Shown here: positions 16,421 to 27,373 of the stretch, piece by piece
How positions within the stretch are numbered: the stretch's first letter is position 1
Layout: every line of letters starts with the position of its first letter
Source: Candidatus Woesebacteria bacterium GW2011_GWC1_42_9
GTDB taxonomy: Bacteria > Patescibacteriota > Microgenomatia > UBA8517
DNA length: 64,000 nt
Direction of reading: 5' to 3'
NCBI GenBank assembly: GCA_000995185.1
Contig: LCET01000003.1
Span: 6,989-70,988, forward strand
Made by a program: the position numbers and the translations under genes
Notes under the pieces: model-generated
Databases searched by the model: none
Told to the model about the DNA's origin: nothing
What the model saw: the letters and a program-made list of their open reading frames with translations, nothing else

Positions 16421-18115
16421 ATGTTTAAGAACCTGATAACAAAAAGTAAATCACTCGCCGGTCCGCAATCAACGATCCTTTCTGCGGCGACTTTGATCAT
16501 GCTAATGATAATTGTCTCCAGGATCTTTGGATTTCTTAGGCTCCGCGTACTTGCTTATTATTTTGTAGATGAAAAGCTCTCGCTATTCTTTGCGAGCTTT
16601 AGGCTTCCTGATTTAATTTTTGAGGTACTTACTTTGGGAGTGCTCTCTTCGGCTTTTATTCCGGTCTTTACCAAAGCTCTCAAAAAAGACGAAAAGAGTG
16701 CATGGGATATCGCCGGGAGGGCAGTAAATATCGGGCTTTTGATTTTTGCTGTGATGTCGCTTGTTTTTGGGCTCTTAGCTGGAAGGATTTATAAGTTAAT
16801 TGCCCCGGGGTATAGCCCTGAGCAAGTGGGTGAAGTAGCCGATCTGGCAAAGATACTTTTCGCGGCGCAGGGGTTTTTTGTCGTGAGCTATATCATGACT
16901 GGAGTACTTGAGTCCCAAAGAAGGTTTTTAATTCCTGCTCTTGCTCCGATTTTTTATAATCTTGGGATAATTGTTGGGACAATTCTTTTTGCTGAAAAGC
17001 TTGATTTATTGGCCCCAGTAATTGGGGTGATCATCGGGGCGTCGGCTCATTTCATCGTGCAATTACCATTGGCTTATCGATTAGGCTTTAGGTTTGTACC
17101 TTCGCTTGTCCCCGATGAGGGCTTGAAAAAAATAGGAAGGCTTGCCGCGCCTCGAATAATTGAGCTCTCTTTCCTGCAGGGTTCAAGGATGGTGGAACTA
17201 TTCCTCGCATCGATGATTTCTTTGGGAGCATATGCCCACTACAACTTTGCCCTAAGCCTCCAAGCTTTGCCCGTAGGGCTTTTTGGGACATCAATGGCCA
17301 AAGCCGCTCTGCCTACTTTGACCAGTCAGAGTGATGACCTTGCGGTTTTTAGAAAGACTCTCCTAAAGACGCTCTATCAGCTAATATTTCTTATTTCTCC
17401 GATGACAATGATGCTTATCGTTTTAAGAGTCCCTGTGGTTAGGCTTGTTTTTGGAACAAACATTTTTGATTGGGAGGCGACTTTGGAAACAGGGTTTGTC
17501 CTTTCTGCCTTTGCCCTTGGTGTGCCCTTCCAGGCCGCGGTTGCGCTTTTAAATCGTGCGTTTTACGCCCTTCATAATACAAAAACCCCGGTTTTAATTT
17601 CGTTGTTTAGTGCCGGGATAACCGCATTTTTGGGGTATGTGCTGGTCATCGAATTTGAAATGTCCACCTGGGCGATCGCGGCGGCATTTAGTGTTGGGGT
17701 TGGGGTCCAAGCAGTGATATTATTTGCCCTCCTAAGTAAAAAACTTAACGGGGGGACATTTTTTGCTCTCCTCCCTATTGTAAAAAGTATCTTGTCCTCA
17801 CTAATTTCTGGGAGTGTGATGTTTTTTATTTTAAAGTTCTTCGATCGCTCCGTGTGGATAAAGAAGCTCTCGTTTTTGGGTGGGGTTGAAACGCAAAATA
17901 TTAATTTTGAGATATTTGTGATCGATACCCGGTATACATTTAACTTGTTAGTCCTGACCTTTGTCACTGCCTTGATTGGCGGAATTACATACTTGCTCTG
18001 CGCTTGGATGCTAAGAAGTGAAGAATTGTATGTTTTAGTTAATATTTTTCGAAAAAGAAGATTTACTCCCCCTCCAGCTAAAGAGTCTGAATTAATCACT
18101 GTTGACAGGGATTAG
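16421..18115 (+). CDS. murJ: Lipid II flippase MurJ (MviN)
   Basis: SRIFGFLR, FRLPD, SAFIPVF, P.FYNLGII, RAFYALHNTKTP. Confidence 0.92.
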   Translation: MFKNLITKSKSLAGPQSTILSAATLIMLMIIVSRIFGFLRLRVLAYYFVDEKLSLFFASFRLPDLIFEVLTLGVLSSAFIPVFTKALKKDEKSAWDIAGRAVNIGLLIFAVMSLVFGLLAGRIYKLIAPGYSPEQVGEVADLAKILFAAQGFFVVSYIMTGVLESQRRFLIPALAPIFYNLGIIVGTILFAEKLDLLAPVIGVIIGASAHFIVQLPLAYRLGFRFVPSLVPDEGLKKIGRLAAPRIIELSFLQGSRMVELFLASMISLGAYAHYNFALSLQALPVGLFGTSMAKAALPTLTSQSDDLAVFRKTLLKTLYQLIFLISPMTMMLIVLRVPVVRLVFGTNIFDWEATLETGFVLSAFALGVPFQAAVALLNRAFYALHNTKTPVLISLFSAGITAFLGYVLVIEFEMSTWAIAAAFSVGVGVQAVILFALLSKKLNGGTFFALLPIVKSILSSLISGSVMFFILKFFDRSVWIKKLSFLGGVETQNINFEIFVIDTRYTFNLLVLTFVTALIGGITYLLCAWMLRSEELYVLVNIFRKRRFTPPPAKESELITVDRD

Positions 18116-18138
18116 CACTCGTGGTATTTTACTGCTAA
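18102..18138 (+). promoter_or_regulatory. Promoter overlapped by a CIRCE operator
   Basis: TTGACA(18102)-17-TATTTT; TTAGCACTC-N9-TACTGCTAA at 18112-18138 (consensus TTAGCACTC-N9-GAGTGCTAA), directly before the hrcA ATG. Confidence 0.85.
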
Positions 18139-18858
18139 ATGAATAAGCCTTTAACTGATAGACAAACACAAATAATTAAGGCGCTTATAGATGAGTATAT
18201 CGAGACCGCGGAGCCGGTTGGCTCTGCTTCCCTCGAGAAAAAATATAATCTTGGGATTAGCCCTGCGACCATTAGAAATGAAATGGTTAATCTAACAAAG
18301 CTAGGGTATCTTCGACAGCCGCACACTTCTGCCGGCCGCACTCCCACCTCCATTGCAATGAAGTTCTATATAAATCAATTAATGGATGAAAAAAAAATGA
18401 GCGTAGTAGATGAGGTGCAAGCCAAAGAAGGCGTTTGGGATGCGCGGGAAAATTTTGATAAATTAATGGACAAGGCAACTTTTGAATTAGCAGATAAGAC
18501 AAAATCGCTGGCGGTGGCCGCCACAGATGATGGGACCACTTGGACTCACGGGCACTCCTTAATTTTTGAATGCCCCTTCACTCTAGATGTCTTTCAGAAT
18601 ATTTTTTCAATCCTTGAAAGTCGCGATATGGTCAAGAAATTATTTTTTGAGCACCTGACCGGCTTGACCCCGATTGAGGTTATTTTCGGTGAAGAATTGG
18701 GCTGGGATTTTTTTGATCCTGTTGGAATTGTCGCCACGAGATTTTCCACTCAGGGGCATGAAGGAGCAATTGGAGTGATCGGGCCAATGAGATTAAATTA
18801 TCAGACAGTTATCCCGGTAGTTAGGTATTTTCGAGATCTGATCCAAGGCTTGGAATAA
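18139..18858 (+). CDS. hrcA: Heat-inducible transcription repressor HrcA (short form)
   Basis: YIETAEPVGS, SPATIRNEM, QPHTSAGRTP, GVIGPMRLNY. Confidence 0.95.
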   Translation: MNKPLTDRQTQIIKALIDEYIETAEPVGSASLEKKYNLGISPATIRNEMVNLTKLGYLRQPHTSAGRTPTSIAMKFYINQLMDEKKMSVVDEVQAKEGVWDARENFDKLMDKATFELADKTKSLAVAATDDGTTWTHGHSLIFECPFTLDVFQNIFSILESRDMVKKLFFEHLTGLTPIEVIFGEELGWDFFDPVGIVATRFSTQGHEGAIGVIGPMRLNYQTVIPVVRYFRDLIQGLE

Positions 18859-18859
18859 T

Positions 18860-19303
18860 ATGGCAAAGAAAATAAAAGTAAGTAAAACAGTAAATGGTCA
18901 AGAGCAGGAGTTGCGAGGGCAATTAATGAGAGCCCTGGCAGATTATGATAACCTTAAAAAGCGCGTTGAGAAGGAAAAGAAGGACTGGGAAGAAGAATCT
19001 TTGATCAAATTTGCGGCACAGATTATGCCTATTTTGGATATGCTTGTGAACATAAATGCTCATACAAAAGATTCTGGCTTAGCGATTGCGATCAAAGAAT
19101 TTGAGAAAGCTTTGAATTCTCTGGGGATTGAGAAAATCCCAGCTGATCCTGGTAAAATGTTTGATGCCGCCTTGCACGAGGCGATTGAGGGTGAAGATAC
19201 AGAAAATGGTAAAAAAGGGGAGATATTGGAGGAGCTCCTCACGGGTTGGAAGACAAGCTCTGGTCGAGTAATTCGCCATGCTAGAGTTAAAGTAAGAAAA
19301 TAA
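18860..19303 (+). CDS. grpE: Nucleotide exchange factor GrpE
   Basis: RALADYDNLKKR, FDAALHEA, RVIRHARVKV. Confidence 0.93.
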   Translation: MAKKIKVSKTVNGQEQELRGQLMRALADYDNLKKRVEKEKKDWEEESLIKFAAQIMPILDMLVNINAHTKDSGLAIAIKEFEKALNSLGIEKIPADPGKMFDAALHEAIEGEDTENGKKGEILEELLTGWKTSSGRVIRHARVKVRK

Positions 19304-19306
19304 GCT

Positions 19307-21184
19307 ATGAGTAAAATAATTGGTATAGATTTAGGAACTACAAATAGTGTTGTCGCGGTGATGGAGGGTGGACAGCCCAAAGTTATCCCTGCCGCCGATA
19401 CGGGTCGGAATGTGACCCCTTCGGTTGTCGAGCCTGTTAAAAATTTAGTGGGGGATGTCGCCAAGCGCCAAATGGTTCTCAATCCGAAAAATACGGTTTA
19501 TTCTGTGAAGCGCTTAATGGGAAGAAGGATTGATGACCCGGAAACTAAAAAAAGTAAAGAACTATCATCTGTCGAAATAAAGGCAGGGAAAGACAAAGCG
19601 GCTGTGGTAGAAGTGGGCGATAAAACTTACACCCCTCAGGAAATTTCGGCAAGGATTTTGATGAAGCTTAAAAAAGACGCCGAGAGCTATTTGGGTGAAA
19701 AAGTGGAATCAGCAGTTATTACCGTTCCTGCTTATTTTGATGATGCCCAAAGGCAAGCGACCAAGCAGGCGGGGGAAATCGCTGGACTAAAGGTTGAGCG
19801 GATCATCAATGAGCCAACCGCGGCCGCCTTGGCATATGGTATGGACAAGAAAAATTCCCAAAAGATCGCTGTCTATGACCTTGGGGGAGGGACTTTTGAT
19901 ATTTCGATCCTTGAGCTTGGGGATGGAGTCTTTGAAGTAAAGTCTACCAATGGAGACACTTACCTTGGGGGAGATGATTTTGACGAGAGGATAGTCAACT
20001 GGATTACTGAGGAATTTAAGAAAGAGAACACGGTTGATTTAAAGGCTGATAAACAAGCCTTGCAAAGAGTGCGCGACGCCGCCGAAAAAGCAAAAATCGA
20101 GCTCTCGGCAACTAGTGAAGTTGAGATTAATCAGCCCTATATCACCCAGCAAAATGGCCAGCCTTTGCATCTTGCCCTTAAGCTTACGAGAGCAAAATAT
20201 GAGGGCTTAGTTGCGGACCTTATTGAAAATACCATGAAGCCGGTTAAAGATGCTTTGAAAGACGCGGGAGTGGATACGAAGGGAATAGATGAAATAATCA
20301 TGGTTGGGGGAATGACCAGGACCCCTAAAGTTATTGAGACGGTTAAAGAATTTTTTGGGAAAGAGCCTAATAAGGGCGTTAATCCGGATGAAGTTGTTGC
20401 GGTGGGGGCCGCAATCCAAGGGGGAGTACTGGGTGGCGAAGTAAAAGATATTCTCCTTTTGGATGTTACTCCGCTTACCCTATCGATAGAGACTTTGGGG
20501 AGTGTGGCGACGCCGATGATTGAGAGGAATACCACGATCCCTGCTTCAAAATCGCAGATTTTTTCAACTGCGGCTAATAACCAAACCCAGGTTGATATTC
20601 ATATCGCTCAGGGGGAGCGCCCGATGATGGCTGACAATAAAAGTCTGGGAAGGTTTATGTTGGACGGCATTCCGCCGGCGCCGCGAGGCGTTCCCCAAAT
20701 TGAGGTCATTTTTGATATTGATGCGAGTGGGATTTTGAAAGTCACAGCGAAAGACAAGGCTACCAGTAAGAGCCAAGACATTACCATTACCGGAGCGGTG
20801 GGCTTAAGCGATGAAGAAGTGGAGAAAATGAAAAAAGATGCTGAATTCCACAAGGAAGAGGATGAGAAAAAGTCCGCCCAAATTGAGACTAAAAACAAGG
20901 CAGATAGCTTGATTGCTACCACCGAAAAGACGATCAAAGATGCAGGGGAAAAGATTGATGCAAAAGCAAAAGAAAGCTTGGAAGAGAAAGTAAAGGCACT
21001 TAAAGAAGTATTAGAGTCTGCTAGTAAAGAGGAATTGGAGAAGAAAACGAATGAATTGTCTGAGGAGCTTCAAAAGGTCGGCCAGGCGATGTACCAAAAA
21101 ACAGCACCCAAAAAAACTAAAAAGTCTTCAGAAAAGGATAAAGCAGAAGAAGGGGAAGTGGTGGACGAGCAGGGACAAGGGTAG
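19307..21184 (+). CDS. dnaK: Chaperone DnaK
   Basis: [34 protein letters not shown]. Confidence 0.98.
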   Translation: MSKIIGIDLGTTNSVVAVMEGGQPKVIPAADTGRNVTPSVVEPVKNLVGDVAKRQMVLNPKNTVYSVKRLMGRRIDDPETKKSKELSSVEIKAGKDKAAVVEVGDKTYTPQEISARILMKLKKDAESYLGEKVESAVITVPAYFDDAQRQATKQAGEIAGLKVERIINEPTAAALAYGMDKKNSQKIAVYDLGGGTFDISILELGDGVFEVKSTNGDTYLGGDDFDERIVNWITEEFKKENTVDLKADKQALQRVRDAAEKAKIELSATSEVEINQPYITQQNGQPLHLALKLTRAKYEGLVADLIENTMKPVKDALKDAGVDTKGIDEIIMVGGMTRTPKVIETVKEFFGKEPNKGVNPDEVVAVGAAIQGGVLGGEVKDILLLDVTPLTLSIETLGSVATPMIERNTTIPASKSQIFSTAANNQTQVDIHIAQGERPMMADNKSLGRFMLDGIPPAPRGVPQIEVIFDIDASGILKVTAKDKATSKSQDITITGAVGLSDEEVEKMKKDAEFHKEEDEKKSAQIETKNKADSLIATTEKTIKDAGEKIDAKAKESLEEKVKALKEVLESASKEELEKKTNELSEELQKVGQAMYQKTAPKKTKKSSEKDKAEEGEVVDEQGQG

Positions 21185-21189
21185 TCTTC

Positions 21190-22725
21190 GTGGTAGTATT
21201 AGGAGGTTTGTTGAAAACGAAGAGGCCTTATTATCTACTTCTTGTTGTGTTTTTTTTGGCTCTAATTCTGAGATTCGTTTATTTTCCTGAGAATGTGTAC
21301 TTTGCTTCAGACCAGGCAAGAGATGCTTATTTTTCGTATGAGGTAATAAGGGGAGATTTTAGAGTTGTTGGTCCTGGGGCGACATTTGGCAGATATCTTC
21401 ATCATGGTGTTTTGTATTACTACATTATGGGGCCGGTTTATTATTTGTTTCGAGGGAATCCATATGTGCCGGCATTGATAATTAATTTATTGAGTGCGGT
21501 TGGAGTTTTCGTGGTTTTTATGGTGGGTAAAAATATATTTAATACCAAAACAGCTTTAATAGCAGCTTTTCTTTATGCTGTATCTTTTGAGCAATCCCAA
21601 TATGCCTTGTTTTTTAGCCACCCAGGGTTGGCTTTGATTTTTGTTTTGCTTTATTATTTGGGATTAACTGAGTTAATTTTTAAAGGTAATTCAAAAGGCA
21701 TTATCTTGTCGGCCTTTTGTGCGGGGGTAGCGACACAGCTGCATGTCTCTTTGTCGGTTTTGATATTTATGATACCAGTTTTTGTGCTTGTTTTTAGGTC
21801 TAAGATAATTCAATTAAAGAAAAAAGATATTTTTTTAGCTTTGATGGTTTTGATTGTAAGTTTGTCGAGCTTTTTGGTTGCTGAGGTAAAGTTTGGCCAT
21901 TTGAAATCCTTTATCGCAAGTTTGAGTGAACCTGGGAGCTCGTCATTTGGGCTTTTTATTAATAATTTTATGTTTGCAGTAAATAGATATGTTACTGACA
22001 ATTTAATTTCTTTTTCCTCCCGGCCGGCCTTTAATATTCTCTTGGTGATAGCGGTTTATTTGCTTTTAATTAAAAGAGTAAAAGAGAGGACGGTTGGGAT
22101 ATTTCTGTTGATGTGGTTTTTAGTGGCGTGTGTTGCTTACCTCGTGGGCTCTTCAACTACATATTATTATGGGATAGGTGGATCTGTTAGTTTACTTCTT
22201 GCTGTTTCGATGGTAATAAGTTTAATTTGGGAGAAAAAAGTAATAGTAGCACTAATCTTATTGGTAGTCATTATGGGCTCGAATGTGTCCAAAATTATAA
22301 CAATTAATGAGAAAGGTCCAATTGGATCGATTATGGCACCTCCTGGTCTTTTATTGTCGGATGAATTGAGGGCAATTGATTATATTTATACTCAAGCAGG
22401 TGAGGAAGAGTTTTCAATTCATGCGATAACGATTCCTTATAATGTAAAAACGACCTGGGACTATCTTTTTAATTGGTATGGGATGCAAAAATATGGTCTT
22501 GTTCCAGTTTGGGGAGGTGAAGATGCTTTGGGTAGTGAGGGAACGCTTAAAGTTGTGCGGGCTCGGTCAACCTTGCCGGCAAAACAATTTTTGATTATTG
22601 AGCCATTGGCGGGTCTTTCAGATGATGTTGTTGAAAATTTTTTTAGAGAGGAAAGTTATTTTACAAACCTAAAGACAGAGAAAGAATTTGGAGAGATAAC
22701 AGTGCAAATAAGGGAAAAGTATTGA
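21190..22725 (+). CDS. ArnT/PMT-like GT-C membrane glycosyltransferase
   Basis: FASDQARDA, GP..G.LYYY, multiple TM segments, soluble C-terminal domain; start uncertain. Confidence 0.75.
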   Translation: MVVLGGLLKTKRPYYLLLVVFFLALILRFVYFPENVYFASDQARDAYFSYEVIRGDFRVVGPGATFGRYLHHGVLYYYIMGPVYYLFRGNPYVPALIINLLSAVGVFVVFMVGKNIFNTKTALIAAFLYAVSFEQSQYALFFSHPGLALIFVLLYYLGLTELIFKGNSKGIILSAFCAGVATQLHVSLSVLIFMIPVFVLVFRSKIIQLKKKDIFLALMVLIVSLSSFLVAEVKFGHLKSFIASLSEPGSSSFGLFINNFMFAVNRYVTDNLISFSSRPAFNILLVIAVYLLLIKRVKERTVGIFLLMWFLVACVAYLVGSSTTYYYGIGGSVSLLLAVSMVISLIWEKKVIVALILLVVIMGSNVSKIITINEKGPIGSIMAPPGLLLSDELRAIDYIYTQAGEEEFSIHAITIPYNVKTTWDYLFNWYGMQKYGLVPVWGGEDALGSEGTLKVVRARSTLPAKQFLIIEPLAGLSDDVVENFFREESYFTNLKTEKEFGEITVQIREKY

Positions 22726-22746
22726 TTTTCTGTTAGAATAATCTCC

Positions 22747-23637
22747 ATGGCTAATGGCAAAACAGATTACTACGATATTTTAGGAGTAAATAAAAGTGCG
22801 TCGCCGGGCGACGTAAAAAAGGCCTATCGAAAGCAAGCTTTGGAGTGGCATCCGGATAAGCATCGTGAGAACAAAGAGGCGGCAGAGAAGCGCTTCAAGG
22901 AAATTAATGAGGCTTACCAAATATTGTCCGACGCAAATAAACGCCAAGCATATGATACCCATGGTCATGCCGCTTTCTCCCCTGGCGGGGGAGGATTTGG
23001 TGGGGGAGGACCTTTCTCAAGTGGTGGGGGGACAGGTCCGTTTACATGGACATATACATCTGGCGGTGGTCAAAATACGAATTATGATTTTGGCGATCCA
23101 TTTGATATTTTTGAGCAGTTTTTTTCCCGCGAAGCGGGACCGTGGGGCGGAGGATCCCCTTTTCGCCGCGCTCGGCAAATGCCTCGGTATGGGATTTCGA
23201 TAGACTTTAGTGAAGCAATTTCCGGTATTGAGAAAGAGGTCAGTATTGAAGGCAAGAAGCGAAATATTAAGATACCGGCAGGAGTGGACGATGGCTCAAG
23301 GATCCAATTTGATGATTTTGTTTTATCAATTAATGTGCGACCAAGTAAGGATTTTGAACGAGATGGGGCAGATGTCTTTTCCACTATTATTCTCCCCTAT
23401 TCTTTAGCCGCTCTTGGCGGGAATATCGAGGCCAAAACCATTGATGACGAGGTAAAAATAAAAATTAGATCCGGGACACAATCTGGCTCGATGCTCCGGC
23501 TCAAGGGTCGCGGGTTCCCCCGCCTTCATGGCCGCGGCCGAGGTGATCATTATCTTAAGCTTCTAGTGGAGGTACCCCAGCGCCTCTCCCGCTCCCAAAA
23601 AAATCTCGTCAAAGAGCTTCAAGAAGAGGGGTTGTAG
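22747..23637 (+). CDS. dnaJ: DnaJ-class co-chaperone lacking the Zn-finger (class B / CbpA-like)
   Basis: [13 protein letters not shown]-rich linker, C-terminal domain; no CxxCxGxG repeats. Confidence 0.9.
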   Translation: MANGKTDYYDILGVNKSASPGDVKKAYRKQALEWHPDKHRENKEAAEKRFKEINEAYQILSDANKRQAYDTHGHAAFSPGGGGFGGGGPFSSGGGTGPFTWTYTSGGGQNTNYDFGDPFDIFEQFFSREAGPWGGGSPFRRARQMPRYGISIDFSEAISGIEKEVSIEGKKRNIKIPAGVDDGSRIQFDDFVLSINVRPSKDFERDGADVFSTIILPYSLAALGGNIEAKTIDDEVKIKIRSGTQSGSMLRLKGRGFPRLHGRGRGDHYLKLLVEVPQRLSRSQKNLVKELQEEGL

Positions 23638-23638
23638 T

Positions 23639-23750
23639 TTGACTTCAGGCTCCCCTCTTTGTAAAATACAACTGATAATTGATGATTTGCGGTGGGACTG
23701 GTGCCCACCATTTTTTTTACGACGAAGTCGCAATGAGACGAAGTCGATAT
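23639..23750 (+). promoter_or_regulatory. nusA promoter and leader attenuator
   Basis: TTGACT..TAAAAT; GGTGGG-actggtg-CCCACC followed by an A and T8 (23691-23718), resembling rimP/nusA leaders. Confidence 0.65.
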
Positions 23751-23769
23751 TTTTAAATAAAAAATAAAC

Positions 23770-24789
23770 ATGGCAGGAAGCGTAAAAAGAACTGAATTTA
23801 GTCAGGCCCTTAAAGCGATTACTCAGGAGAGAGGGCTTGATGCTGACGTGATTTTGGAGACAATTAAGCAGGCTTACATTGCCGCATATAAGCGCGATGC
23901 CAAAGAGCGTGGGGAAGAAGTAGAAGATTTTGAATATGACGTTGAAATGGATTCGGTGAGCGGCGAAGCAAAGATTATCGCTTGGCCAGAGGGCACTCCA
24001 GATAAAAAGCGCGACGTTACTCCTCCTGGATTTGGAAGGATTGCTGCACAAACCGCTAAACAAGTAATTCACCAAAAAATCCGAGAGGCAGAAAAGGGCG
24101 CTATCATGGATGAATTTAATGGGAGGGTGGGGACTCTTGTTTCCGGGATGATTTTAAGATTTGACGGGCCGAATGTGCGGGTTGATATCGGTAGGACCGA
24201 AGCCCTAATGCCGGCCGGCGAGCGGATCCCCAATGAAAGGCTTAACCCAAGCCAGCGTTTGACTTTTCTTTTGAAGTCTATCGAAGATACTCCAAGGGGA
24301 AAACAGATAGTCCTATCCAGATCAGATCCGCAGTTTGTGGAGAAAATATTTGCAAGAGAAGTGCCGGAGATAATGTCCGGGAGTGTTGTTATCAGGGGAA
24401 TTGCCCGTGAGGCTGGTGTTCGAACAAAATTGGCCGTACATTCAGAACAAACTGGTGTTGATCCGGTTGGTTCCTGTGTCGGACAAAAAGGGGTTCGAGT
24501 GCAAGCGGTGACGAATGAGCTTGGCGGAGAGCGCGTGGATATTATTCCCTGGGCAGACGGCGATGAAGAGTTTATTAAAGCCGCTCTTGCCCCAGTTGAG
24601 CTAAGCAGTATCAAGCTTAATAAGAAAAAGAAGACCGCCGTAGTTAGAGCTCCTGAGGATCAGCTCTCTCTGGCAATTGGAAAAGATGGACAAAACGTCC
24701 GCCTTTCTTCGCAGTTGACCGGATGGAAAATTGAAGTGGAAAGCGATGTTAAAGCTAAACCTAAAAAAGAAAAATCAAAAGCCGTTTAG
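23770..24789 (+). CDS. nusA: Transcription termination factor NusA
   Basis: [44 protein letters not shown]. Confidence 0.97.
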   Translation: MAGSVKRTEFSQALKAITQERGLDADVILETIKQAYIAAYKRDAKERGEEVEDFEYDVEMDSVSGEAKIIAWPEGTPDKKRDVTPPGFGRIAAQTAKQVIHQKIREAEKGAIMDEFNGRVGTLVSGMILRFDGPNVRVDIGRTEALMPAGERIPNERLNPSQRLTFLLKSIEDTPRGKQIVLSRSDPQFVEKIFAREVPEIMSGSVVIRGIAREAGVRTKLAVHSEQTGVDPVGSCVGQKGVRVQAVTNELGGERVDIIPWADGDEEFIKAALAPVELSSIKLNKKKKTAVVRAPEDQLSLAIGKDGQNVRLSSQLTGWKIEVESDVKAKPKKEKSKAV

Positions 24790-26155
24790 TCCAAGACCAC
24801 CTATTGTGACAATTTTAGGCCATGTCGACCATGGCAAGACCACTCTCTTGGATGCGATCAGGCATTCCAATATTGCCGGGCGGGAAGCCGGAGGAATTAC
24901 CCAGAGCATCGGCGCTTCTAAAGTTAAAACCAAGGAAGGAGAAATAACTTTTATCGACACCCCGGGGCACGCGATGTTTTCTAAGATGCGATCTCGAGGA
25001 ACTCAAATGGCAGATATCGTAGTGCTTGTGGTGGCCGCTGATGACGGCGTTAAGCCCCAGACAAAAGAAGCACTTCAATATATTAAAGAAACCCATACTC
25101 CTCTTATTGTTGCCATCACCAAGACAGATCTTCCTTCGGCAAATATTGAATCAGCAATTTCTGAGCTAGAAAAAGAAGGGGTACTTTTTGAAGGGCGCGG
25201 GGGCGATACTCCCTTGGTCACCCTCTCAGTAAAGAAGAACGAGGGTGTGGAAAATTTGATCGAGATGATTCATCTTGTATCCCAGGTAAATGAAATCTCA
25301 AGCGACCCAGATGGAGATTTGGAAGCGGTAGTGATTGAAACAAATACGGACAAAAGAGGTTCAACAGTGTCTTTGGTAGTAAAAGAGGGATCTATTTCGA
25401 CCGGAGATATTATTGACGACATCAAAAAAGATAAAGTGAGGGGAATTTTTGATTATTTGGGGAAACCCATTAAGAAGGCCTTCCCAGGGGATCCGGTGCA
25501 AATTATTGGATTAAATGGTGTTCCTGCGGTTGGCTCCTCTATTACTTCAAAGGGTGTTAATTTATCTATTGATAAAACCAAAATTGGTAAAGTTTCTTCT
25601 GACCAATTAGGAATCGTTTTGAAAGCGCACACGGCTGGATCTTTGGAGGCAATTAGGGACAACATGCCTGATCAAGTGGTTGTCTTAAAGTCGAGTGTGG
25701 GCGATGTAATAAGTGGAGATGTTTTCTTCGCAAAAAGTGCACAGGCCGTAATTGTTGCTTTTGAATCGGGAGTTTCAAGCGATGTGCGTAAGCTCTCAGA
25801 AACTGAAGGAGTAAAAATTTTGTCGTCAAGGATCGTATACGAATTGATCGAAAAATTAGAGGAACTTATTGAAAAAGGAGAGGTACAAATATTGGGGAAA
25901 GCGGAGGTATTGGCAGTTTTTCCTTTTAATAATAGTCGGGTTGCGGGGTGCAAGGTGATCGAAGGGGAAATTAGAAGTAAACATACACTAGTGCTTACGA
26001 GAGGGAAAGGGGAATTGGGGACTGCTAGAATAGTTTCTATGAAGCGCGGGAAGGAAAATATTGAAGTTGCAAAAGTGGGCGAAGAATGTGGATTAATTCT
26101 TAATCCGCAGCTTGATTTTGAGGTTCACGATGTGCTAGTATCCCGCCAATCATGA
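24746..26155 (+). CDS. infB: Translation initiation factor IF-2, short form without the N-terminal domain
   Basis: [32 protein letters not shown]; start uncertain. Confidence 0.93.
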   Translation: MLKLNLKKKNQKPFSPRPPIVTILGHVDHGKTTLLDAIRHSNIAGREAGGITQSIGASKVKTKEGEITFIDTPGHAMFSKMRSRGTQMADIVVLVVAADDGVKPQTKEALQYIKETHTPLIVAITKTDLPSANIESAISELEKEGVLFEGRGGDTPLVTLSVKKNEGVENLIEMIHLVSQVNEISSDPDGDLEAVVIETNTDKRGSTVSLVVKEGSISTGDIIDDIKKDKVRGIFDYLGKPIKKAFPGDPVQIIGLNGVPAVGSSITSKGVNLSIDKTKIGKVSSDQLGIVLKAHTAGSLEAIRDNMPDQVVVLKSSVGDVISGDVFFAKSAQAVIVAFESGVSSDVRKLSETEGVKILSSRIVYELIEKLEELIEKGEVQILGKAEVLAVFPFNNSRVAGCKVIEGEIRSKHTLVLTRGKGELGTARIVSMKRGKENIEVAKVGEECGLILNPQLDFEVHDVLVSRQS

Positions 26156-26979
26156 GCGCGTCGATAAAAACATTGGCTAGCGAAACAAACTCTGTGCTTA
26201 TACTTTTGCCAAAGAGCCCGTATTTTGATCAGGTAGCGGCAGGGTTGTCCCTGGGACTGGTGCTTGAAAAAGAAAAAGAAACTCAAGTTTTTTGTCCTAC
26301 CCCGATGACGGTTGAATTTAATCGGCTTGTGGGAGTGGATAAGGTCGCGGGTGAGCTGGGGAATAAGAATTTAAAAATAAGCTTCACTGATTATGATGCA
26401 AACAACATTGAGAGGGTTTCATATGATGTGGACGGTTCTGAATGCCGCCTGACAGTTATTCCAAAGCCCGATTTTGCTCCTCCTCAAAAAGACCAAGTAT
26501 CTCTTTCATTTTCGGGAGTTTCTTCTGATTTGGTTATTATGATTGGCGGGGCAAATGAGACCCACTTCCCTATTTTGTCATCTCCTGAGTTTTCTAAAGC
26601 AAAGCTTGTGCATATTGGAGTTCATGATTTAGCTCTCGCCTCAAAACAGGAGTTTGTTTCTTTGTCGCGGCCTGGATCATCTATCTCAGAAGTTGTTGGC
26701 AGAATCATCGCAGAAGACTACAAAGATAAATTGGACCGAGATGTCGCTTCCAATCTTTTGACGGGCCTTCATGAAGGGAGTAAAAATTTCTCGAGTCAAT
26801 ATGTTAGCTCTGATACTTTTAAGCTTGCTAGTGAGCTTATGACCGCTGGGGGAAGAAGGAATATAAAAGAGCCTTTGCCTGGACTGACCCCGCCGCATCC
26901 TGCTGAAGCCGAGATTGAAAAAGAACCGACTCCGCCTTGGAGCCGCCTAAAACCCTCAAAAGGCACTTCAATTAGTTGA
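26152..26979 (+). CDS. Degenerate DHH-family (NrnA-like) protein
   Basis: DHH-fold pattern (P..D..AA.L.L, SSISEVV, A.NLL.G) but the DHH catalytic motif is absent (GVHD). Confidence 0.55.
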   Translation: MSASIKTLASETNSVLILLPKSPYFDQVAAGLSLGLVLEKEKETQVFCPTPMTVEFNRLVGVDKVAGELGNKNLKISFTDYDANNIERVSYDVDGSECRLTVIPKPDFAPPQKDQVSLSFSGVSSDLVIMIGGANETHFPILSSPEFSKAKLVHIGVHDLALASKQEFVSLSRPGSSISEVVGRIIAEDYKDKLDRDVASNLLTGLHEGSKNFSSQYVSSDTFKLASELMTAGGRRNIKEPLPGLTPPHPAEAEIEKEPTPPWSRLKPSKGTSIS

Positions 26980-27102
26980 AGTGCGCAGGGTATCTTAGGG
27001 TTTTATTTTTGTATTGTTGAAATTTACTAATAATGTGTTATCATTCTCTGACGAAGACAAGGTTTGTTCAATTTTAGAACCTACTTTAGTTTATCGATTA
27101 GT

Positions 27103-27369
27103 ATGTCATTAACTACAAAAGAGAAGAAAAAAATAATTAAGAAGTTTTCTCGAGAAAAAGGAGACACAGGGTCTCCTGAGGTTCAGATAGCTCTATTAAC
27201 CTCTCAAATCGAGAAACTTTCAGAACACTTGAAAGGACACAATAAAGACGTTCATTCAAGGCGCGGCCTCTTGAGCATGGTCGCAAAAAGACGTAGACTT
27301 TTAACGTATCTCCAAAAGCGAGATGAGGATCGCTTCAGAGTCCTCGTTAAGTCTTTGGAATTGAAGTAA
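27103..27369 (+). CDS. rpsO: 30S ribosomal protein S15
   Basis: [25 protein letters not shown]; start moved to ATG 27103. Confidence 0.97.
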   Translation: MSLTTKEKKKIIKKFSREKGDTGSPEVQIALLTSQIEKLSEHLKGHNKDVHSRRGLLSMVAKRRRLLTYLQKRDEDRFRVLVKSLELK

Positions 27370-27373
27370 ATAA

